NCBI GenBank assembly: GCA_903862565.1
Contig: CAIOYU010000651.1
Coordinates: 1-56,165, forward strand
Direction: 5' to 3'
From: an uncultured Actinomycetes bacterium
GTDB lineage: Bacteria > Actinomycetota > Actinomycetes > Mycobacteriales > Mycobacteriaceae
Length of the DNA stretch: 56,165 nt
The first letter of the stretch is position 1. Each line of letters begins with the position of its first letter. Under the pieces are notes generated by a model that saw only the letters and a list, made by a program, of their open reading frames with translations, was not told the origin of the DNA and made no database searches. Below are positions 8,295 to 17,249 of the stretch, piece after piece. Made by a program: the position numbers and the translations under genes.

Positions 8295-9410
8295 ATGAGT
8301 GGGATGGCGCCGAACCGACCCTTCTCACCGGGTGTTCTCGATGTCCTGGCCCCGCGGGTCGAGGAACAGGTTCCTGCACCGGTCGAGCAGGTCGTCGTGG
8401 ATTGCGCGGTGTACCTCGACGGCGTGCGACTGCCCGGTAACGACGACTACACCGCTGCTCTTCGCCACGTCCGCCAGTTGAACGAAAGCCGGCCGGACGA
8501 TGGTGATGGCCGGGCATTCGTCTGGCTCGGGCTGCGAGAACCTCTCGCGCATCAGATGGCGTCGGTGGCGGAGACGTTCGGTCTGCATCCCATACCGGTC
8601 GAAGACGCCGTCCACGCCCAGCAGCGCCCGAAGGTGGAACGCTACGACGACACCCTGTTCGTCGTCGTCAAGACCGTCCACTATGTGCCTCACGAATCAG
8701 TGGACGAGGCCCGCCGCATCGCCGAGACAGGCGAGATCATGGTCTTCGTCGGCGACGACTTCGTGGTCGCGGTTCGGCACGGCAACCACACCGGACTGGC
8801 GTGTGTGCGCGCGGAGCTCGAGGCGGACCGCAGCCAACTGAAGCTTGGGCCGTATGCGGTACTGGAGGCGATCATTCGCCATGTCGTGGAGAGCTACCTG
8901 GACGTGATCGGCCCCCTGGAGGCCGACATCGACGACGTCGAGGAGCAGACGTTCTCGCCGAAGCGCACCACCCGGATCGAGCAGATCTACCTTCTCAAGC
9001 GGGACGTTCTCGAACTGCGCAGGGCGATCCGGCCGCTCGACAGCGCTTTGCACGAGTTGACGACAGAGCACGCCGACCTGCTGCCGCGCGAGGTCCTGAG
9101 CTACATGGCCGACGTTGCCGACCAGCAGGAAGAGGCAGCTGACCAGATCGTCACCTACGACGAGTTGCTCACTGATCTCGTAGCGGCCGCACTCGCGCAC
9201 ACGGGTCTGCAGCAGAACGCCGACATGCGAAAGATTTCCGCATGGGTGGCGATCGTTGCGGTGCCCACGATGATCGCCGGAATCTACGGCATGAATTTCG
9301 AGAACATGCCCGAACTGGAGTGGACATGGGGCTACCCCGCCGTCCTAACTCTGATGGTGACCATCTGCGGCGTCATGTGGATGGCGTTCCGGCACAACCA
9401 CTGGCTCTAG
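8295..9410 (+). CDS. corA: Magnesium/cobalt transporter CorA
   Basis: YGMNFENMPEL signature, two C-terminal TM helices, QRPKVERY; start 8295 or 8304. Confidence 0.93.
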   Translation: MSGMAPNRPFSPGVLDVLAPRVEEQVPAPVEQVVVDCAVYLDGVRLPGNDDYTAALRHVRQLNESRPDDGDGRAFVWLGLREPLAHQMASVAETFGLHPIPVEDAVHAQQRPKVERYDDTLFVVVKTVHYVPHESVDEARRIAETGEIMVFVGDDFVVAVRHGNHTGLACVRAELEADRSQLKLGPYAVLEAIIRHVVESYLDVIGPLEADIDDVEEQTFSPKRTTRIEQIYLLKRDVLELRRAIRPLDSALHELTTEHADLLPREVLSYMADVADQQEEAADQIVTYDELLTDLVAAALAHTGLQQNADMRKISAWVAIVAVPTMIAGIYGMNFENMPELEWTWGYPAVLTLMVTICGVMWMAFRHNHWL

Positions 9411-9416
9411 GCTGTC

Positions 9417-9433
9417 ATTCACGGAGAGTTCAA
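9417..9433 (+). promoter_or_regulatory. PHO-box-like direct repeat upstream of phoU
   Basis: ATTCAC(9417)...GTTCAA(9428), 11-bp period. Confidence 0.5.
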
Positions 9434-9475
9434 TTGCAGTAGGTCGTTTTACCTAGCTCTGCGTTCTAGGTTTTA

Positions 9476-10144
9476 GTGGTGCGAACCGCCTACGGCGCGC
9501 AACTCGACGCGTTGACTGATCAGATGGCCGACGTGTGCCGGACGGCCGGAAGCGCAATGGAGCGAGCCACCCGGTCCCTGCTCGAGGCGGATCTCAGCCT
9601 CGCCGAGTGTGTCATCGACGACCACGAGACGATCTCGGAAGCCAGTGCCAAGGCTGAAGAATCGGGCTTCGCGCTTCTGGCGCTGTGGGCGCCGGTCGCG
9701 AGGGACCTCCGCGCGACCATCAGTTCCATTCAGATCGCCGCTGATGCCGAGCGCATGGGTGCCCTCGCTGTTCATGTCGCGAAGATCGCCCGCCGCCGGC
9801 ACCCCGAGTGCGCCCTTCCCGAAGAGGTCAATGGATTCATCGCCGAAATGAGCAGGATCGCAATCGATTTAGGCGAGAGCGCGCGGAATGCGCTGACCTA
9901 CTATGACCCCGACAGCATGGCACGGATACGGGCCGACAGCGATGTGATGGAGCGGCTGCATCGGCACTTGCTGGCGGTGCTGACAGAACGGGAGTGGCGC
10001 CACGGAACCGCCGCGGCCATCGACGTCACCCTCGTGGGGCGCAGTTACCACCGCTTCGCCGACCACGCCGTACAAATCTCCAGACGCGTGATCTTCCGAA
10101 GCACCGGCCGGATGCCCGCGCGAGGCGACGGCGTGAGCTACTGA
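9476..10144 (+). CDS. phoU: Phosphate signalling protein PhoU
   Basis: [37 protein letters not shown]. Confidence 0.93.
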   Translation: MVRTAYGAQLDALTDQMADVCRTAGSAMERATRSLLEADLSLAECVIDDHETISEASAKAEESGFALLALWAPVARDLRATISSIQIAADAERMGALAVHVAKIARRRHPECALPEEVNGFIAEMSRIAIDLGESARNALTYYDPDSMARIRADSDVMERLHRHLLAVLTEREWRHGTAAAIDVTLVGRSYHRFADHAVQISRRVIFRSTGRMPARGDGVSY

Positions 10145-10276
10145 ACAGCGAAGGCTCCGTGAGTCTGCCACCGCAGAGCTTGGGCCTGCGGGGACGGCTT
10201 GGGGCGGAGATCCCGATCACTGCGGATCGGGCTTGGTGTCCTCTTTCACAACGGAAGTCGAGTCTGTCGGCGCACT

Positions 10277-10293
10277 GTTCACCGTGCGTTCAC
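10277..10293 (+). promoter_or_regulatory. PHO-box-like GTTCAC direct repeat upstream of pstS
   Basis: GTTCAC-CGTGC-GTTCAC with 11-bp period, as in actinobacterial PhoP/RegX3-type sites. Confidence 0.7.
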
Positions 10294-10370
10294 GACTCTG
10301 GCGTCAGGCGGCCACTACTGGCGCATAGCTTTCGCGGCAACGAGGTTCGACAACCGTGAGGAGAACAACG

Positions 10371-11486
10371 ATGAACGGCATCAGCGCCCGAAAGACCGCC
10401 CTGGTGGCGGCGGCCGCGATCGTGGCCTTGACCGGCTGCGGAAGCGACAAGAACGCCGCGGCTCCCGGGGGGTCGTCCTCGGCCGTGGTCGCCGGGTCTG
10501 CATCGGACTGCGCGGGCAAGAACTCGCTGAGCGCGGAGGGTTCGACCGCGCAGCAGAACGCCATCGGGGTCTTCAACCAGGTTTGGGGCCAGAAGTGCCC
10601 GGGCAAGAACCTTTCCTACAACCCGACCGGCTCAGGTGCGGGCGTCAACCAGTTCATCGCCGGCCAGGTCGACTTCGCCGGCTCCGATTCGCCGCTGTCC
10701 AAGGACCAGCCGGCTGAGGCCGACAAGCGCTGCTCCGGCAACCCGGCATGGAACCTGCCTCTGGTCTTCGGCCCGGTCGCCCTGGCCTACAACTTGCCCG
10801 GTGTGGAGAAGCTGGCCGTGAACGGCGATGTGCTCGCCAAGATCTTCACCGGCGCGATCACCACCTGGAACGACCCGGCCATCGCCGCCCTCAACAGCGG
10901 TGTGACCCTGCCCGACACCAAGATCACCCCGATCTACCGCTCAGACTCCTCGGGAACCACCGACAACTTCCAGAAGTACCTGACCGCCGCCGCCCCGAAG
11001 ACATGGACCAAGGGCGCCGGCAAGGAATTCCAGGGCGGCGCCGGCGAGGGCGCGCAGAAGTCGGCCGGTGTGGTTCAGGCCGTCCAGGCCACTCCGGGCG
11101 CGATCGGCTACGTGGAGAAGGGCTTCGCCACCCAGGCGAGTCTGCCGATGGCCGCCATCGACACCGGCTCGGGCCCGATCGCACTCACCGACGATGCGGC
11201 CCGCACGGCCATCGAGGGTGCCAAGTTCGCCGCTGAGGGCAATGACCTCGCACTGGATCTGAACTCCATCTACGGAACAACGGCACCCGGGGCCTACCCG
11301 CTGGTGCTGGCCACCTACGAGATCGTCTGTTCCAAGGGGTACAACGCCGAAACCGCCGGCGCGGTCAAGTCGTTCCTCACCGTGGCTGCGGGAGAAGGTC
11401 AGTCAGGCCTTCCGGCCGCCGGTTACGTTCCGTTGCCGGAGTCCTTCAAGCAGCGCCTGCTGACTGCTGTGAGTGCGATTCAGTAA
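10371..11486 (+). CDS. pstS: Phosphate ABC transporter substrate-binding lipoprotein
   Basis: Lipobox LTGC; GSTAQ, GSGAG, DFAGSD, RSDSSGTT. Confidence 0.97.
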   Translation: MNGISARKTALVAAAAIVALTGCGSDKNAAAPGGSSSAVVAGSASDCAGKNSLSAEGSTAQQNAIGVFNQVWGQKCPGKNLSYNPTGSGAGVNQFIAGQVDFAGSDSPLSKDQPAEADKRCSGNPAWNLPLVFGPVALAYNLPGVEKLAVNGDVLAKIFTGAITTWNDPAIAALNSGVTLPDTKITPIYRSDSSGTTDNFQKYLTAAAPKTWTKGAGKEFQGGAGEGAQKSAGVVQAVQATPGAIGYVEKGFATQASLPMAAIDTGSGPIALTDDAARTAIEGAKFAAEGNDLALDLNSIYGTTAPGAYPLVLATYEIVCSKGYNAETAGAVKSFLTVAAGEGQSGLPAAGYVPLPESFKQRLLTAVSAIQ

Positions 11487-11518
11487 TCCAGGGAAATTAA
11501 TCTAGGGGATAAGAATCG

Positions 11519-12586
11519 GTGACCATTGAGCGAGAAATCGAAGACGGCATGGACGAGGCGGATCAGCTACCCGACCCGGTGAACGCCGGTTCCGCCGCGG
11601 TCATCGCCACCCCGTTTCCCGAACCCGCCGCCATCCCGACCAATCCGTCCATGCGGGCGAAGGTCCGGGCGGGTGACCGTATCTTCCGCGGAATCTCAGC
11701 GGGCTCAGGCATTCTGATCATCTTCCTGATCGCGGCCATCGGTCTGTTCCTCGCCTGGCGTGCCGTCCCTGCACTGACCCGCAACGAGGTGAACTTCATC
11801 ACCTACGGCGGCAACTGGGTAACCACTGATACAGCGCACATGCGGTTCGGTATTTTCGATCTGCTCCAGGTGACGGTATTCGTTTCCTTATTCGCGCTCA
11901 TCCTGGCAATGCCGATTGCGTTGGGTATCGCGATCTTCCTGACTCAGTACGCGCACCGTCGGGTTGGCGGTCCGCTGGGGTACATGGTCGATCTGCTGGC
12001 CGCGGTGCCCTCGATCATCTACGGCGTATGGGGACTCTATGTCCTCGCACCGGTGCTCAAGCCGGTCGCGATGTGGCTCAACGCCCACCTCGGCTGGATG
12101 TTCCTGTTCGCCACGGGCAATGCCTCAGTCGCCGGCGGCGGCACCATCTTCACCGCCGGCATCGTGCTGGCGGTGATGATCCTGCCGATCGTCACCGCAG
12201 TGGCCCGGGAGGTGTTCGCCCAGACCCCGCCAGGTCAGATCGAGGCGGCACTGGCACTTGGGGCGACCCGGTGGGAGGTGGTCAAGACCACCGTGCTGCC
12301 GTTCGGACTGTCGGGCTATATCAGCGGCGCCATGCTCGGGTTGGGCCGCGCACTCGGTGAGACCATCGCGCTGTTGATCATTCTGCGCGGCACGCAGAAG
12401 GCGTTCGGTTGGTCGGTGTTCGACGCCGGCTACACCTTCGCCAGCAAGATCGCTGCGGCGGCCTCGGAGTTCAACGACCAGTACAAGGCCGGCGCCTATA
12501 TCGCGGCCGGCCTAGTGCTGTTCATCCTGACCTTCGTGGTCAACTCCGCGGCACGTGCCGCGGTAGCCGGACGGGGACGCGAATGA
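11519..12586 (+). CDS. pstC: Phosphate ABC transporter permease
   Basis: LAAVPSIIYGVWG, EAALALGATRWE, GRALGET. Confidence 0.96.
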   Translation: MTIEREIEDGMDEADQLPDPVNAGSAAVIATPFPEPAAIPTNPSMRAKVRAGDRIFRGISAGSGILIIFLIAAIGLFLAWRAVPALTRNEVNFITYGGNWVTTDTAHMRFGIFDLLQVTVFVSLFALILAMPIALGIAIFLTQYAHRRVGGPLGYMVDLLAAVPSIIYGVWGLYVLAPVLKPVAMWLNAHLGWMFLFATGNASVAGGGTIFTAGIVLAVMILPIVTAVAREVFAQTPPGQIEAALALGATRWEVVKTTVLPFGLSGYISGAMLGLGRALGETIALLIILRGTQKAFGWSVFDAGYTFASKIAAAASEFNDQYKAGAYIAAGLVLFILTFVVNSAARAAVAGRGRE

Positions 12587-13497
12587 CATCGACGTTTCAG
12601 GCGTCGGCCACGCCGGCCACCTTCCATCCCATCAGCACCCGGCGCAAGCTGACCAACATCAGTGCCACCGTGCTGGTCACGCTGTCCGTGCTGATCGCGA
12701 TCGTCCCCTTGCTCTGGGTGCTTTACTCGGTGATCACCAAGGGCGCCAAGGCGGTGCTGGATGCGACGTGGTGGACCAACTCGCAGGCCGGTATGACAGC
12801 CTTCGCGGCCGGCGGCGGTGTTTATCACGCACTGGTCGGTACCCTTCTGCAGGGCGCTGTCTGTGCGGTGATCTCCATTCCGATCGCTGTGTTCGTCGGC
12901 ATCTACCTCGTCGAATACGGTGGCGGAACCCGGCTCGGCAAAGTCACCACCTTCATGGTGGACATCCTTACCGGGGTGCCCTCCATCGTGGCCGCGCTGT
13001 TCGTCTACGCCCTGTGGGTGGCGACGCTGGGCTTCCAGCGATCGGGCTTCGCGGTCTCGCTGGCGTTGGTGCTCTTGATGATTCCGGTGATCGTGCGCGC
13101 CACCGAGGAGATGCTGCGGATCGTTCCGATGGATCTGCGGGAGGCCAGTTACGCGCTGGGCGTGCCCAAGTGGAAGACCATTCTGCGTATCGTCATCCCC
13201 ACCGCGCTGTCGGGCATCGTCACCGGCATCATGCTCGCCTTGGCCCGTGTCATGGGTGAAACCGCGCCGCTGCTGATCTTGGTCGGCTACTCCCAGGCAA
13301 TGAACTTCGACATGTTCAGCGGTTTCATGGGATCGCTGCCGGGCATGATGTACGACCAGACATCGGCAGGGGCGGGCGCGAATCCGGTTCCCACCGAACG
13401 GCTCTGGGGCGCGGCGCTGACCCTCATCGTGCTGATCGCGTTGCTCAACGTCGGCGCTCGTTTCCTGGCAAAGTTCTTCTCTCCCAAAAAGGTTTAG
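12583..13497 (+). CDS. pstA: Phosphate ABC transporter permease
   Basis: [27 protein letters not shown]; ATGA overlap with pstC. Confidence 0.96.
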   Translation: MTSTFQASATPATFHPISTRRKLTNISATVLVTLSVLIAIVPLLWVLYSVITKGAKAVLDATWWTNSQAGMTAFAAGGGVYHALVGTLLQGAVCAVISIPIAVFVGIYLVEYGGGTRLGKVTTFMVDILTGVPSIVAALFVYALWVATLGFQRSGFAVSLALVLLMIPVIVRATEEMLRIVPMDLREASYALGVPKWKTILRIVIPTALSGIVTGIMLALARVMGETAPLLILVGYSQAMNFDMFSGFMGSLPGMMYDQTSAGAGANPVPTERLWGAALTLIVLIALLNVGARFLAKFFSPKKV

Positions 13498-13505
13498 GTT
13501 GCAGC

Positions 13506-14282
13506 GTGGCCAAGAGACTTGATCTGAAAGACGTCAACATCTACTACGGCGCGTTCCACGCTGTCGCTGATGTCACGCTTGCCATTCCGCCGCGAAGTGT
13601 TACGGCGTTCATCGGGCCGTCCGGATGCGGCAAGTCCACGGTGCTGCGGACGCTCAACCGGATGCACGAGGTAATTCCCGGTGCTCGGGTGCAGGGTTCG
13701 GTACTACTCGACGGCGAGGACATCTACGCTCCCGGCGTCGACCCGGTGGCGGTCCGCAAGACCATCGGCATGGTCTTTCAGCGGCCAAACCCTTTTCCCA
13801 CCATGTCGATCCGCGACAACGTGGTTGCCGGTCTGAAGCTGCAGGGCGTGCGCAACCGGGGACTGCTCGACGAGACCGCCGAGCGATCCTTGCGGGCGGC
13901 GAACCTGTGGAACGAGGTCAAGGACCGTCTCGACAAGCCCGGCGGTGGGCTTTCCGGCGGTCAGCAGCAGCGGCTGTGCATCGCGCGTGCGATCGCCGTC
14001 CAGCCCGATGTTCTGCTGATGGACGAGCCCTGCTCGGCGCTGGATCCGATTTCCACGCTGGCGATCGAGGATCTCATCGCTGAACTCAAGCGCGAGTTCA
14101 CGATTGTGATCGTCACCCACAACATGCAGCAGGCTGCTCGGGTCAGTGACCAGACTGCGTTCTTCAATCTGGAAGCCGCAGGCAAGCCCGGTCGGCTCAT
14201 CGAGGTCGACGAAACCGGAAAGATCTTCTCGAACCCCACCCAGAAGGCCACCGAGGACTACATCTCCGGACGGTTCGGATAG
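13506..14282 (+). CDS. pstB: Phosphate ABC transporter ATPase
   Basis: [42 protein letters not shown]. Confidence 0.98.
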   Translation: MAKRLDLKDVNIYYGAFHAVADVTLAIPPRSVTAFIGPSGCGKSTVLRTLNRMHEVIPGARVQGSVLLDGEDIYAPGVDPVAVRKTIGMVFQRPNPFPTMSIRDNVVAGLKLQGVRNRGLLDETAERSLRAANLWNEVKDRLDKPGGGLSGGQQQRLCIARAIAVQPDVLLMDEPCSALDPISTLAIEDLIAELKREFTIVIVTHNMQQAARVSDQTAFFNLEAAGKPGRLIEVDETGKIFSNPTQKATEDYISGRFG

Positions 14283-14503
14283 TTCCCGACGAACCAGTGG
14301 TCCGGCCAAGGCCGAACTGTGTCTGCCCGCCCCTGAGGAACTCCAGAAGTTCACCGATTATCGGTCAGGAATTCGCCTGATAGCGCGTCAGATCCGGCGA
14401 CGAAGTGCATAACGTGCCATGAACGGTGTGCGACAAGACCGGAGTCCGCTGACGGCAGTCCCCCCGCATGGGAGCAGTCTGCCGGAAGGGAAGGCAGGTG
14501 GTG

Positions 14504-15235
14504 ATGGCTGAGCGTACCGCCGACTATTTCTCCCCGAACTTTTTTGTGCAGGCCTGCGAGACGTCGGGAATGCCGCGGAGGCGGATCGCTGAGGCGCTCG
14601 CCATCAGTCCCAGGACACTGCGCAATGTGATCAGCGGTCGCGCGGCACCGTCGATGACCCTACTCAAGAGAGCGGTCGACGTCCTCGGGGGCGAACTCGT
14701 CGACTATCTCGCCCTCCCGCCCCGGGAAAAGTGGAACCTGCAGCATCTGCGCCTTGCCTACGGATACTCGCAGCGCGCCGTGGCCGAGTGGGTGGGCATA
14801 TCCCAGGCGATGGTCAGCAACTGGGAGGCGGGAAACTACGCGCCGTCGGCTGATGCGGTCGCCAAACTCGCCGCCCTGTATCGAATTCCACAGCAGCGCA
14901 TTCGTGAGGTCATCGCCATGACCGCTGCGACGGCCGACGCGGAGCGGCAGAGGGCCACGGTTGCCGCAGCCACCTTCGGCCTTGTCGAGGAAGTCCTGGC
15001 CTACGCCAAAGAGACCACCGATCTGGCGCGCAGTGCGGAGGTGGGGGAGGCACAACGTGGAGCGCTCTACGTGCAGATCCGTGACCGTGCCGAGGAAGCA
15101 CTGTTATTGGTCGGCACTCTGATTCCGCAGCTCGCGCCAATGCGACGTGCCGATGCATACCGACAATTCACCAGGCTGAGAAGTGTCTACGAGGAGGTGT
15201 CCGGTACTGCGAGGACGGCTCGTCGCACCGGCTGA
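14504..15235 (+). CDS. Tandem Xre/Cro HTH transcriptional regulator with helical C-terminal extension
   Basis: Two HTH_3-like units: RRRIAEALAISPRTLRNVISG and YSQRAVAEWVGISQAMVSNWEAG. Confidence 0.8.
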   Translation: MAERTADYFSPNFFVQACETSGMPRRRIAEALAISPRTLRNVISGRAAPSMTLLKRAVDVLGGELVDYLALPPREKWNLQHLRLAYGYSQRAVAEWVGISQAMVSNWEAGNYAPSADAVAKLAALYRIPQQRIREVIAMTAATADAERQRATVAAATFGLVEEVLAYAKETTDLARSAEVGEAQRGALYVQIRDRAEEALLLVGTLIPQLAPMRRADAYRQFTRLRSVYEEVSGTARTARRTG

Positions 15236-15347
15236 CCGGTCACTGGACGGCACGACTGTTCACCCGTTGTTGCACTGCTGCTTAGCGTCTCGCATGAGCA
15301 GCGTCAACGTCAGGGGTTATAGATGAGGCGTGCAACCCGCGAACATC

Positions 15348-15620
15348 ATGAGTGAACGCTCCTGCGGCCGGGAAGGCTGCTCGCGACGACGAGGAAAGGA
15401 CGGCTACTGCTCCGTGCTGTGTTCGGAGATCGACAGGCACCTCACCAGGACGCGGGCTCTCATCGCGGAGAAGGGAATCAGCCCGACGGCGGCCGAACTC
15501 TGGGCAGCAGCGGTGTCGCTGTCCGACCAACTCTCCGACATGCACCGCCTGGAGACGCTGGTCAAATCTGCGGACATCACCTTCCAGTCGAGCGCCGGCA
15601 AGAATCGCTCTGCGCGATAG
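15348..15620 (+). CDS. Small hypothetical protein with N-terminal Cys4 motif
   Basis: CGREGC...GYCSVLC followed by amphipathic helices; fills the gap between the HTH gene and the cyclase. Confidence 0.5.
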   Translation: MSERSCGREGCSRRRGKDGYCSVLCSEIDRHLTRTRALIAEKGISPTAAELWAAAVSLSDQLSDMHRLETLVKSADITFQSSAGKNRSAR

Positions 15621-15622
15621 CC

Positions 15623-16831
15623 TCAGTGCCCCTTGGCCCATCGCAATCGATAGTTGGGCAGTTGCAGGTAACCGCGGACGTGACGCGGTGTCCTGGCAGA
15701 CAGTGTGAACTGGTGCGCATCCCCGAGCGCGGTCGCCATCCCATGGTCGACCCGGATGGTTCCCTTCCGGGCGAGGCTGGCGAGTCGGGCAGCGATGTTC
15801 ACCACGGGACCGTAGACGTCACCACCCCGGTAGAGCACCTGGCCGAACGCCAGGCCTGCGTGCATGGGTGGCATGGCGTCCTCCTCGGAAAACGCGTCCA
15901 GCAAGTGCAGGGTCGCCTCCGCCGCCGACACCGGATCCTCGATGACGAAAAGGATCTCATCCCCGAGGTTTTTGATCACCCGCCCGCCGTGTTCGACGAC
16001 GGTGTCGAGCACCTGGGTTTCGAACCGGTCGAGCAGCCTCCCGAGGTCGGTGAGTTCGACGTTGCGGGACAGCCGCGTATACCCGGTCATGTCGATGAAA
16101 CCCACCGCCGCCGACTGGCTTTCGGTATCGCTGTCGGGGCCGGACTCGCCGGGAATCAATGCCCGCCCCACTTCGGCGGCCAGATGACGCCGCCAGGCGT
16201 GCATCGTGGTCCGCTCCAGCACCGGTAACAGTTCCCGGGTCGTGACCAGGGCCTGGGCCGCCAGCCGGCCCGGCATCTCGGGATCCTCCGCCGAGAGGCC
16301 CGCGGCGATCCGTGCGCCGAGCACTTCGGAGATGAAACTCGTCTGCGCCGCGGCCAGGCGCGACATCAGGTTGCCCAGCGGACGGGCCAACTCCACCAAC
16401 GCTTCGGCGTCGACGACGCCTACAGCGATGAGTCCGTTGGCATCGATCAGGGCGGTGACGTCGGCACTGGTGAATATCCGCTCGTCGTCGCCCACTTCGG
16501 GAAAGCCCAGCGCCCGCCACAGCCGGCGCGCCTCATCGGGGGGGATGCCGGCGCGTTCGGCGACCTCCAATCGGGTGTAGCGGCCGTCCCCGGCGAGCAG
16601 CCCCCGGGTGATCACTTCGGTTGGCGAGAGGACTTCCTCCGGACTGCTGTCGACCTCCGCCTCATCGGCGAGCACCTCGGCTGTGTCGGCCTGTTCGGTT
16701 TTGCCCAGCAGGCCCAGCAGTGCGGCCAACAAGATGTCTCCGCTCATCCGCGTTATCCCATTGGCTCCTGCCACCCCGAGTTCGATCACCCGCGAGACAA
16801 GATTGGCCGAACTGTTCATCGGGTCCACCAT
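15623..16831 (-). CDS. Class III adenylate cyclase with N-terminal regulatory domain (Rv2212/Rv1264-like)
   Basis: GFIDMTGYT, IKNLGDEIL, GDVYGPVVNIAARL; N-terminal LWRALGFP motif. Confidence 0.9.
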   Translation of the reverse strand: MVDPMNSSANLVSRVIELGVAGANGITRMSGDILLAALLGLLGKTEQADTAEVLADEAEVDSSPEEVLSPTEVITRGLLAGDGRYTRLEVAERAGIPPDEARRLWRALGFPEVGDDERIFTSADVTALIDANGLIAVGVVDAEALVELARPLGNLMSRLAAAQTSFISEVLGARIAAGLSAEDPEMPGRLAAQALVTTRELLPVLERTTMHAWRRHLAAEVGRALIPGESGPDSDTESQSAAVGFIDMTGYTRLSRNVELTDLGRLLDRFETQVLDTVVEHGGRVIKNLGDEILFVIEDPVSAAEATLHLLDAFSEEDAMPPMHAGLAFGQVLYRGGDVYGPVVNIAARLASLARKGTIRVDHGMATALGDAHQFTLSARTPRHVRGYLQLPNYRLRWAKGH

Positions 16832-16934
16832 GTGACGAATCCTCCGATCGTTCGGTCGTTGCCCAGCGGCAGTTCACGCACGCCGCTGTGCCTGCTCACT
16901 ATCGCACCGCATCGATGAACCATGGGTTGCGGCA

Positions 16935-17249
16935 GTGGAAATTCCCGTCACACCCCTATCCCGCAAGGAATTACATCCCGGCCGCTCCTCCGCTCCAGTG
17001 GTTTTCGATCTTCCCTTCACCTCGGAGGGCTTCCCGACGGCAGTCGGCGTCATCCGCCAGGAGGCCACCGCGCTCGGCGCGTCGAAGCAATCCTCGCTCT
17101 TCGACGACCCCGCCAAGCGCGAGTACGTCATCAGCGGCAACGGCTACAAGTTCGGCATCCTGCAACTCGATTCGGCGCTGCTGACCGTCGACGGCGACTG
17201 CCACCTGCTTCAGAAGGTGATCGACTCTCCACCGGGCGCACTGCCGTAG
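16935..17249 (+). pseudogene. C-terminal fragment of an LppA-family lipoprotein
   Basis: AVGVIRQEATALGASKQSSLFDDPAKREY...GNGYKF...GDCHLLQKV resembles the recalled LppA/LppB C-terminus; no signal peptide or lipobox. Confidence 0.65.

Noticed and set aside
6958-8517. 519-aa ORF suggesting an N-terminally extended TetR
   Set aside because: The extension is antisense to the antiporter fragment and corA; TetR similarity starts at ATG 7569
14420-14500. Leader stem-loop as a known riboswitch
   Set aside because: I could not match it to a riboswitch consensus I know; an Infernal/Rfam scan would be needed
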